From Macrostomum hystrix (lineage: Eukaryota > Animalia > Platyhelminthes), in contig CATNEN010000038.1 of assembly GCA_950097015.1 (NCBI GenBank), positions 13,516,001 to 13,580,000 on the forward strand: DNA of 64,000 nt, read 5' to 3'. Of this stretch, positions 39,184 to 50,174 are shown piece after piece; position 1 is the stretch's first letter; each line of letters begins with the position of its first letter. A program made the translations under genes and the position numbers. The notes under the pieces were generated by a model. It was not told where the DNA came from. It saw nothing but the letters and a program-made list of their open reading frames with translations, and made no database searches.

Positions 39184-42100
39184 ATGTCTTTTGCTGGCTT
39201 TAAAAAGCAACTAAATAAGGCTAACCAGGTGAGAATTGTAATGCTTAATTGGTTTACATATTTGTTATTATTTTTAATTGAATAGTACAGCTACTTACTT
39301 AGCTAGTGAGTCTCTAAAGTGATATCCTGATTCCCAAGCAAAAGGTGATATTTCTTTCTCCTATCATTTTATTTTGCACATAGCATGAAGGAAGAGAGGT
39401 AAATTGCAAGTATTTATAAGGAGATATTCATTTTCTGAAATTTGTTGTTCACAGACACAAGGGGCTTGTTTGTAAAGCACTGTGAATATAATTGTAGGCC
39501 TAACTGACTTTTGTTTCTCACTCTTGCAGACATCAATCAACGGCAATATATTATCAATCAAACACAAAATTATCATCAATCGACTTGCTATAAAAATAGT
39601 CTTTTTATTTAGACTAGCTACATGTAATTCCAGCTATTCAGTATAGCTGGGTGATTCTCACTGGATTGCCACAGTACTGAAAAAACGTGTCTTTTCAAAA
39701 AATATATTTTTTAATGTAATTTGAAGCTGTCCTGTTGAACCATTTGTGTTCTATCGATGTTTCCCTATGTGGGGCACTAAAGCTTTGTTATAAATTCCAT
39801 TTGTTTACATATTTTTAAATCACTAGAAATCATGAAAGTCTGTAAAAGCACCGTGTCTCACACATGTTAGTCAAAGATTAAGACTTTCCCTTGTCAAAAG
39901 CGTTTGTGTTCAAGATGTCGTTGTTCTTTTATATGGCAATATATAACTAAAATAAGCATTAGGAAACATAATTTCTATTATAATTCAGCTATATCTACTT
40001 ACTTTGTGGCTTTTATAAGTGTCTCACAAAACTTAACTCATCGGATCTACGTCAGACCTCTTGACCTAAATTCGTCAGTAAAAAATTAGTGGTAGCATAT
40101 TCAGTGCTAAATCCTCTTGCAAACGAAATATATATTTATGTGCTTTCATAAAACTATAGACACACTACATACTATCTCTATTCAACTACCGAAAAACTAA
40201 AATGTAAAAAACAGATTTTTTTGAGTAAGCAGTTTGACTCTTCGGATCTACGTCGGGGAAATGTAAAATTCTCAGGATGTGTATTCTGTAAAACTGCAAA
40301 TGCTATATCATATTATGAAGAGTACATAGATGTCTCTAATGACATATGGCACTTTATTCTAGCCCCAATGGATTCCTTAATATTTGCATTTAATAGCAGT
40401 TTTACTCATCGGATCTACAGCCCTCAAAAGCGTAGATCTGATGAGTGATGAATGAAGAATGATGAATTTGTCAATGAAGTGTTAAAAACTGCTTTAAACC
40501 ACTTTTTACTGTAGCTTATATAATATACTGCATTAATAGATGAAAAAACAATCAAAATTGGCAAAAAAACACTTTGGACACTAAAAGTGGCAACTCTGTG
40601 AGAACCACCCAGCTAGGTCTTGATCTGCCTTTCAAAAGACCAGCTAATTTATTTTTTTGCATATATTTACCATATGGGGAAATACAGCAAATCATACTCT
40701 ACTCATAGTCATGATATAAGTCCATTTGTGAATTGTTTGTAAAATATGTGTATCTCTTATTGGTATAGAAAGTGTTAAATCCATGTGTTGGTAGAGAATG
40801 GCACCAATAGGCCTAAGTGTTTTTTCAATAAGATTGTAGTTGATCACATAAAAAGGTGAGTTTGATATTTTTTCTAAATTATAACCTACATGTTCTCTTA
40901 AATAATTTCTTTCTTAAACAGCTTCTAAATGAGAAGATTGCTGGTGCAAAGGGAACTGAACTGGAATCAGATTTTATTGAGATGGAACGGGTATGACAAG
41001 TTATTTCTTATTTTGATTTTATGACAAATGACATTTATAGTTTGCCAATGCTCAATTATTTGTGCTATTGCAGAAGATTGATGTCACTGGGAAGATGATT
41101 GAGGATCTAATTACCAAGACTCAGGACTATTTGCAGCCTAACCCAAGTGAGTCTGAAAAGTTATCTTAAAAATGGCTGTTGTTGCTCCTCATATCATAAC
41201 AGTTTCAATCTCATTTTGGGATTGTTTAATAGAATCTCCATCAAACGACCACAATCTATCATCAATGTGCCACAATCTATCATCAATGGACCACAATCTA
41301 TCATCAATGGACCACAATCTATCATCAATCGACCACAATCTATCATCAATGGACCACAATCTATCATCAATGGACCACAATCTATCATCAATCGACCACA
41401 ATCTATCATCAATCGACCACAATCTATCATCAATGGACCACAATCTATCATCAATGGACCACAATCTATCATCAATCGACCACAATCTATCATCAATCGA
41501 CCACAATCTATCATCGATCAACCACAATCTATCATCAATCGACCACAATCTATCATCGATCAACCACAATCTATCATCAATCGACCACAATCTATCATCA
41601 ATCGACCACAATCTATCATCAATCGACCACAATCTATCATCAATCGACCACAATCTATCATCGATCAACCACAATATATCATCAATCGACCACAATCTAT
41701 CATCGATCAACCACAATCTATCATCAATCGACCACAATCTATCATCAATCGACCACAATCTATCATCAATCGACCACAATCTATCATCAATCGACCACAA
41801 TCTATCATCAATCGACCACAATCTATCATCAATCGACCACAATCTATCATCAATCGACCACAATCTATCATCAATCGACCACAATCTATCATCAATCGAC
41901 CACAATCTATCATCAATCGACCACAATCTATCATCAATCGACCACAATCTATCATCAATCGACCACAATCTATCATCAATCGACCACAATCTATCATCAA
42001 TCGACCACAATCTATCATCAATCGACCACAATCTATCATCAATCGACCACAATCTATCATCAATCGACCACAATCTATCATCAATCGACCACAATCTATC

Positions 42101-45100
42101 ATCAATCGACCACAATCTATCATCAACAATTACCAAACGCTGTCAAATGACGCTGCATTTTATAATAAAGCCTTCTATGACTAAAAATAAATTACTGAAA
42201 AATCGATCAACCTTGCTCAGTGGCCCGTGCCCGCATCTCGGCAGTTAAGGGCCTGAACAACCTGCAGAACAAGAATCGCAACTTGGCTTATCCTCAACCA
42301 GAGGGCCTGCTTGGCGACTCCATGATTAAGCACGGCAAAGATCTAGGCCACGATTCGTCCCTAGGTAAGTGGTTTGTGTTGATTTGTATCAATTTATCGT
42401 CATTAGCGATAATCAATCGTTATTAATCGTATATTCGATCGTTTTTAGTGCTTATTCACCTTTCAACAATCAGTTTTGTCTTACTTTTCTATCTTAATTT
42501 TGTAGAAGAATTCTTCAAGACAAATGCTTAATGAGATTTAATATATCAGCCAATGTGCATACAGATGGTGTCGTTGCTTTAATCACACACCCTCCCTGCT
42601 TATCGCTGGCTCAGTATCCAGCCCTTTTATGAATATCAGCCCTATTGTGGTCAGTGCGTTTGTGCCTCTTTTTTCGCTAGAGTTGTTCTGATAGCTTTCA
42701 CGCTTGGTCGCTCTTAACTCTTTCTTCTAAGCCTAGTGGGTGGATGTTATGGGTGAAAAAGTACGGTGCGCTATGCTTGTCCTGTCTTTCAGTCTCGGTG
42801 TAATTCGTTTCATTTCATAAAATTGCTTTTTTGCATCTTTGCTTTATTAGACATGCTGTGATTCTCTCTCTGCCTGCCTGCCTGCCTGTCTGTCTCTCTA
42901 CGTGCGCGCTCTTGCAGCCGGGGTCAATGTGCATTCAGATTTCAGATTAGTTGATCAAGCTGTATTCCACTTTTATCTTGGTCTGTTTATGAACTATGTT
43001 CATAGTATGTACAGTAATAACATGTATATGACATGTTTAGACTTAGCCAGAAAAGGCTATGTGACTTTGCTAACGTTTCAGTTGCAAGATAATCTTCTCC
43101 TAACTCAGGTTGTTTGCTGGCACAGAGAGGACTTTCTGAGTGACCTTCAGAAGCGAAAATATTATTCCATAACCTTGGAGGGATTCCCATATGACTTATG
43201 AAAGATAGAATCTTCCATGCTCTTTGCGGCGAATAGAGAATCTTCCGTGACCTTATGGGCAAAGAGAGTATCTTCGTGACCTTGTGGAGGAAGGGAGAGA
43301 GTTTTTCCTGACCTTGGGAGGGAGTGATGAGAAACCTTTGTGACCTTTGTGGAGGAAGGGAGAGAGATTTTCCTGACCTTGGGAGGGAGTGACGAGAAAC
43401 CTTTGTGACCTTTTAGAGAAGGGAGTGAATTATCTACTTCCATACAGGAAAAGGAAGAGAATCTTGCGTGCCTTAGATGAGAAAGATGAGATGAGTAAAG
43501 TTGAGAAAAGACATCGTTAAAAGCCTGTTATTTGATTTAACGAAGTGCTTTGACTACTTTTAAGTTCGTGTTTCTCTAACACTCCTTCAACAAGCGTTTT
43601 TACATTCTTTAAAGAGCTCCTAACTATGCAGAAGCTTGGCTGTTTGTTCGATGAAAATTCGAATGTTTATATCACTTTTGCTGTTTTAGGCCAAAATCTT
43701 TCTGTGCATGCTTTCAGGTTCTGAAGTTACGAGTACAATTTGACCTTTCCACAGTTGACTCGAAAAAATCTGCAGTCTAAAAATGAAATTTTAATATAGC
43801 CTTTTCTACAACCAAAATAGCACTATCAAAGACTTGGATAAATATTCGCTTCTTATTCCGACCATAACCGATCTGATTCTTTCACATCTGAATGATGGCA
43901 GCTCATTTTATTCACCGACTTACCATTCAGGTGCCGCTCTGGTGGAATGCGGAGACGCATACAAGCAGATGGCCGAGATCAAATACAACCTTGAGGATAG
44001 TGTTAAACAGAACTTTCTTGACCCCTTCAATAGCCTTCTGCAGCAGGACCTGAAAGAGATTAATGTGAGGGCTCTGCTCAAGGGCATTGTGGCTGGCTGT
44101 AGCAATCATTTTGTTTATTCTATATTTTAGTTTAGTAGAGCTATTGTAAAGAACTGCTGTTCAGAATGACTATCGTAGATATTAACTATTTTTAGAAGGA
44201 TTTTTTAAGAAGTTTGTAGTTTAGAAGGATTGTGAAAGAATGTTTTATTTTAGGTGGATTATCTTGGAGGATTGTACTTAAAGGGATTGCAGTAGAGGAC
44301 TGTAGTTTAAAAATTATGGTAGAGAACTGTAGTTCCGAAGGGTTATCTATTGTAGAAGACTGTAGTTTAGAATGATTATCGTGGTGGACTCTAGTTTAAA
44401 AGGATTATCGTAGAGGACAAGTTCAGATGGATTATCGTTGTATACTATAGTTCAGACTATCGAAGAAACAATAATAGTTGTCAGGTCAGCAGTTACTGCA
44501 AAGCAAGATTATCGGAATTGATCGAGTTTTATAAGTGTATTTTCGAAAGCTGCAAATGAATGGAGATATTTTTTAAGTATATTTCTATGGCAATAATGTT
44601 TCTTCTATGTTTTAAACTTTTTTTCAGCAACATAGGAAGAAGCTGGAGGGCCGCAGATTGGACTACGACTGCAAAAAGCGAAAAGGTTGGTGTGTGTTCT
44701 TTGTGAAGCTCTTAATTATTAATTATTGTATTACTGCAAGTAGTGTTAAACGGCTACTCACTCCAATGCTTCACCAGGCTCCGGCAAGCCAGTAGCGGAG
44801 ACGGAACTGCACGACGCCGAGCAGAAGTTTTCTGAAAGCAAATCACTCACCGAGAGTGCCATGGTCACATTTCTGAATTCTGATGTACGTGTTGCTACTA
44901 CTTACTAATAATCTGTGCATTTCCCCTATCTGTACACTTCCCTGATCTTGTCTACCCTCCATACTACTTCCCTGATCTTGTCTACCCTCCATACTACTTC
45001 CCTGATCTTGTCTACCCTCCGTACTACTTCCCTGATCTTGTCTACCCTCCATACTACTTCCCTGATCTTGTCTACCCTCCATACTACTTCCCTGATCTTG

Positions 45101-48100
45101 TCTACCCTCCATACTACTTCCCTGATCTTGTCTACCCTCCGTACTACTTCCCTGATCTTGTCTACCCTCCGTACTACTTCCCTGATCTTGTCTACCCTCC
45201 GTACTACTTCCCTGATCTTGTCTACCCTCCATACTACTTCCCTGATCTTGTCTACCCTCCGTACTACTTCCCTGATCTTGTCTACCCTCCGTACTACTTC
45301 CCTGATCTTGTCTACCCTCCATACTACTTCCCTGATCTTGTCTACCCTCCGTACTACTTCCCTGATCTTGTCTACCCTCCGTACTACTTCCCTGATCTTG
45401 TCTACCCTCCGTACTACTTCCCTGATCTTGTCTACCCTCCATACTACTTCCCTGATCTTGTCTACCCTCCGTACTACTTCCCTGATCTTGTCTACCCTCC
45501 GTACTACTTCCCTGATCTTGTCTACCCTCCGTACTACTTCCCTGATCTTGTCTACCCTCCGTACTACTTCCCTGATCTTGTCTACCCTCCATACTACTTC
45601 CCTCTCGTTGTCTCACTCTCTTCTACTTCCCTGCCCATGTCTACCCCCTTTATGTCTACCCCATGTCTATCCCCTCTATACTACTTCACTGCCTATGTCT
45701 TCCCTCTATACCTAGCCATCTATTCCCCATTCGGCAGACTGAGCAAGTGAGCGCATTTTGTGAATTGGTGAGCGCTGAGCTGGCCTATCACCAGGAGGCC
45801 GCTCGGATACTGTCCGACCTTCAGCGCCGACTAGAAGAGAAGTGAGTCGGTGTCAGTTGCGGCTGGCGGTGTATTTCTAGTTTATAATTCTGAATTGTTA
45901 CGACCCAAGAGTGGCTTTGTGGCTGGTCGTGCTATTGACTCCCTTGAGGGCCTACCCCCAAGGCACAGTGAGTGTTTAACTGCCTGACGATGAGAAGGGC
46001 AGATGTACACACCTGTGTGAGTGTGCTACCGCTGGGTCGGGTCAACTTTCGTCAATTTATTATGTAGTTCCTACTGGCCTCTATTGTTAACCGGTTAGTG
46101 AATCGTTTTTTGTCATTGTGAAGAAAAGTTTTAGTCACCAGAGAAGCGATTGAGTCACTAGATAAGCGTTTGAGTCGCTAGATAAGCATTTGAGTCACTA
46201 GATAAGCATTCGATTCACTAGATAAGCATTCGAGTCACTAGAGAAGCGATTGAGTCACCAGAGAAGCGTTTGGTCATTACAGAAGCGTTTGAGGCATTAT
46301 AGAAGCGTTTGAGGCATTATAGAAGCGTTTGAGTCATTAGTCAAGCGATTGAGTCACTAGAGAAGCGATTGAGTCACTAGAGAAGCGTTTGGTCATTATA
46401 GAAGCGTTTGAGGCATTATAGAAGCGTTTGAGTCATTAGAGAAGCGTTTGAGTCATTAGAGAAGCGATTGAGTCACTAGAGAAGCGTTTGGTCATTATAG
46501 AAGCGTTTGAGGCATTATAGAAGCGTTTGAGTCATTAGAGAAGCGATTGAGTCCTTAGAGAAGCGATTGAGTCACTAGAGAAGCGTTTGTTCATTATAGA
46601 AGCGTTTGAGTCATTAGAGAAGTGTTTGGTCATTAGAGAAACGGCTGAGGGGTTAAAGAAGCGGTTAGGGGGGCTGCTCATTGGTAAATATGCAGCGTCA
46701 GCATCAAATGTGCCCAGTCGATTTAGTCAATCCTATCACTTTCGTCTCCAATAACCCAGACGCTCGGAGGCAGCCAGCAAGCCGCGGACAGAGCGGCTTT
46801 CTGGCAGCCGCTCAGCGCTATCTGGTGCCACGGGCATTCGCGCCTCCTCGGATTCCTGGAGAGCTGACGATGAGGCCGACGGCAGCGGCGCAGTTGCCGG
46901 GGGTGGCGGCGGCAGCAGCGGTGGCGGCAGCAGCGGTGGCGGTGGCGGTGGCGGCGGCAGTGGCGGGGGCAGTAGCGGGCCGACAATCAGCATTAAGCCG
47001 AGGCACCAGTGTGAGTTTGCATGAGCTATGGATGGATAGATACATACAGATTACATTGGGTCACATTTGCAGCTAGTGGTACAGTCGCAGCTGTTGCGGC
47101 TAGTTCAGTCCATGGACTTAGAAGGCCGTCGCACCTATCGAAGTTTCTATCCCAACTATAGCTGGTACCCATTTTACAGCTAGGTGAACTGAAGCACTAG
47201 AGAATTAAATATTTTGCTTAAGCACAGATTGTTTCCCTTGGGCTGAATCGAACTCCCGACCTCTCGGTTAGGAAGTCCGAAGCTCTAACCACAGGGCTGT
47301 GATCGAACTCCCGACCTCTCGGTTAGGAACCATTAATCACTGGGCAATTAGCTTTGGAAAGCTCGTATTACATATTATTATCATTCCAACGATAGCCATA
47401 ATCGTTAAAAGCCCCAGTTCTAGATTTCTTAGTCCAATTGCCACTTGACGATTTCGATTCGAAGATTGTTCTGATGTCTTCGTCTCACAGTAGTTTCAGT
47501 CTCACATATAAATACGGAAGTAAGAGAAGTGACCGATTTATTTGTTTTAAATTTCTTACAGCCACATATTGTAAGTGAGGCGAATAAGCCTTTGATTAAA
47601 TATCCAGCTGAAAAATTTCATTACGCTCTTAGCATCGTTTCGCAGTAAAAATTCTGTTGCTATACTACTTTAACTAATAAAATAATGTTCTTACACTATT
47701 TCACTAGATTCGTTGAAAAAAAATACGCGTTAACTTCTTTACTGTTATTTTTCAAATCAAATATTTGAGTTCTCCAATAGCATGCATTTTGCAACGCATT
47801 GCATTTTATGGCATTTCTTGCATGAAAAGCACTAGAGCCGAAACAAGCAAATCTGTTCTGTTCCGAAACAAGCAAGCCAATAATTAACGAACTAAAAGTA
47901 ACGCTCGTTATTTATCATCACTAACGCAGCAACAAAATCGGCCACGCCAACCTGCCGGGCTCTGTTCGCCTTCACCGCCGACAACAGCACCGAGCTGGCC
48001 TTCGAGGAGGGCGACGTCATACAGCTGGTGGCCCGGGTGGACGACAACTGGTACGAGGGTGAGCTGAAGGGCAAGCGCGGCTTCTTCCCCGTTAATTATG

Positions 48101-48129
48101 TGGACGTGATTGTGCCGCTGCCTGAGTGA
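39184..48129 (+). CDS. Endophilin A (N-BAR + SH3; SH3GL1/2/3 family)
   Basis: Ten exons: 39184-39228, 40922-40990, 41074-41146, 42221-42364, 43931-44064, 44628-44685, 44778-44884, 45738-45841, 46760-47010, 47930-48129, phases consistent. H0 helix MSFAGFKKQLNKANQ, YLQPNP, YPQPEGLLG, HRKKLEGRRLDYDCKKRK, SH3 CRALFAF...DDNWYEG...GFFPVNYVDVIVPLPE*. AATAAA at 48550. Confidence 0.94.
39644..40615. mobile_element. Non-autonomous TIR DNA element (about 970 bp) in endophilin intron 1
   Basis: TIRs TAGCTGGGTGATTCTCACTGGATTGCCAC (39644-39672) and GTGGCAACTCTGTGAGAACCACCCAGCTA (40587-40615); internal repeated motif ACTCATCGGATCTAC. Confidence 0.7.
41247..42127. repeat. 21-bp intronic minisatellite (CACAATCTATCATCAATCGAC), about 42 copies
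   Basis: Direct periodicity; variant units cluster 5', homogeneous 3'. Confidence 0.97.
43130..43480. repeat. Degenerate ~33-bp intronic repeat (GTGACCTT...GGAAGGGAGAGA)
   Basis: Recurrent TGACCTT at roughly regular spacing. Confidence 0.6.
44140..44460. repeat. Degenerate intronic repeat (GGATTATCGTAGAGGACTGTAGTTTAGAA-like)
   Basis: About 9 diverged copies. Confidence 0.6.
44936..45603. repeat. 30-bp intronic minisatellite (ACTTCCCTGATCTTGTCTACCCTCCRTACT), 22 copies
   Basis: Perfect copies differing only at one A/G site. Confidence 0.98.
45930..46030 (+). mobile_element. SINE family A internal fragment
   Basis: CCCTTGAGGGCC...AAGGCACAGTGAG...CTGCCTGACGATGAGAAGGGCAGATGTACACACCTGTG matches the family A body. 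Confidence 0.7.
46130..46640. repeat. ~20-bp intronic minisatellite (GAGTCAYTAGAGAAGCGWTT)
   Basis: About 25 variant copies. Confidence 0.92.
47070..47345 (-). mobile_element. SINE family B with tandemly duplicated head
   Basis: Head GTGGTTAGAGCTTCGGACTTCCTAACCGAGAGGTCGGGAGTTCGAT, CORE-like GCTTCAGTTCACCTAGCTGTAAAATGGGTACC; the head segment is repeated at 47301-47345. Confidence 0.8.
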
Positions 48130-48255
48130 GCTAATTCCACCCACTGGACTATTAAGGATATTTCTGCGGTCGATATTTTTATTTCTTCCTTTTCTGTTTA
48201 TCTGTTTCTTTAGAGTTTTTCTACTGTGTGACAGATTCGAAAGTTTAATCGCATA

Positions 48256-48500
48256 AATCCCTAAGGATTCCCTAAAATCCCTAAGGATTCCCTAGAATCC
48301 CTAAGGATTCCCTAGAATCCCTAAGGATTCCCTAGAATCCCTAAGGATTCCCTAGAATCCCTAAGGATTCCCTAGAATCCCTAAGGATTCCTTAGAATCC
48401 CTAAGGATTCCCTCGAATCCCTAAGGATTCTCCAGAATCCCTAAGGATCCCTTAGAATCCCAAAAGATTCCCTAGAATCCCTAACAATCCCAAAGGATTC
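48256..48500. repeat. 20-bp semi-palindromic, telomere-motif-containing minisatellite (AATCCCTAAGGATTCCCTAG) in the endophilin 3' UTR
   Basis: About 12 copies between the stop codon (48129) and AATAAA (48550). Confidence 0.93.
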
Positions 48501-50174
48501 TCTAATCTATAATCCAAAATCAATCCATATTCCAACTTTTCCCATCTTAAATAAAGCGAACTAAATCTGTCATTTGGTTGCTATTTTTAGTCGGCCTGCT
48601 TCTAACATTCATTAATCTATTAGCTGTGAAATGTCTGTAAGCTAATTATGGAGTAATGCTGAATTCGCAGCTAATGCACTCTAGATTCAATTTTATTACA
48701 TTTTATGCTAGAATAGCTCTTTTTTGCTGCAAGCACAACAGTTGAAAATTCGTCGCTATTTACATTTATTAAGGAGTCTATAAGGCTAATAGAACCTTTG
48801 ACCCCAGTTATAAAGCTATTCAAAGTTATCTGTCACTTTTATAACAAATTATAAAATTATAAGTGTCATTTTCTTATTCAATAAATATTAATAGTTGCAG
48901 TTTTTATAATATTTTTGTTATTTTTGTTATAATCTCACAGGCTAGAAACATTTTTTCTTGTTGTGCACAATTGTTTTTAAAACTTTATTTGGTACGCTAA
49001 TTTATATTGCAATAGCATATTTTTTGACAATGTTTAATTTTTCGCCTCTGGGGCCTCTTATACGAGTAGAGTGTCAAAGTTTCATTTTCAAAAGTGCTTC
49101 AATAAAAAATTGTTTTAAGGCCACTTTTTACCGTGCATCGCCAGTCTTTATTCCGAATTTTATATCATTTTCTCACTTTCTTGCTATACTACTGACCTGA
49201 CGTCTGAGTAGCAAGTAAAGCGTATTGAAACATTTTTGATAATGCATTACTTGTTAGTGTACACCAGATTTGGAACCTGCTGAATTACATAAACCACTGT
49301 TTTTCGTTGCTAAATTGTTCTGTTGACATCGTTTATTAAATATGCTTGCAGCACGCAAAGAGGAACGAATTATATACGATGATTGGCTACTAATATTATT
49401 ATATTGAATCAAATGGGCCTTATTTGTTTATTAAATTCTCGAGTACAACTAACTAGAAATTTTTTAATATTCTTGAGTCCAACTCTGTTTAGGCTTCTAT
49501 TAATCGCATGCTTCTAATTACTTTTCAATTCTATATCATTGATAAACCAATTCATGACATAGTTAGAATGTTTACCTTACCTGATCATAAAGGTCAAGTC
49601 ACGTTTACCTGACAAAATAAAAAATGTTTTTACCTCACCTCATTAAACAGGTTAGGATAATCTAATTACATGTTTTAGCTGACCCAATTAAACAGATTTA
49701 GCCAGACTTTATTACTCAGGTTTTACCTCTAAGAACAGATATAGTGGAGAAATTTTATAGAACTTGATAATTTCGTTCATAAGCATCCTCCATTGTTACG
49801 ATATTTGTATTTGTTTGCTAAGTTTCATTGTTTGTTTGATTTAGCTTGAGTGTTTCTGTTGTTTTAAATTTAAACTTTACAGCGGCAATTATTGTTTAGC
49901 CTTGCTGCCAGAGGCGGTCAAACACTGTCTGCCAAATTCATTCGTGTGAGTTTTTATTAACTTCTCATTCCGTTTCTATGCTCCTATCTTCTCTAATATT
50001 ATCCAACCGTAAACTGGAGTTTTTATGTCTTCTCTAGAAGCTACACATAAATATACTTTTTGTTCTAGCAGTATAAGTAGGACATGCTAGTTCTTCATCT
50101 TGGCTACTGTAAGTTTCTGTAATTGTAATTGTGTTTAAAAATTTATTTTCCAGCATCAACCAGCCAGTCAAGTC

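Noticed and set aside
40400-40460. CTGATGAG next to a hairpin, possible hammerhead
   Set aside because: The motif is part of the hairpin arm of the MITE and there is no downstream stem II plus GAAA.
41147-45715. Repetitive ORFs (PQSIINR)n and (EGRQDQGSST)n
   Set aside because: 21-bp and 30-bp arrays within endophilin introns whose flanking exons splice in phase without them.
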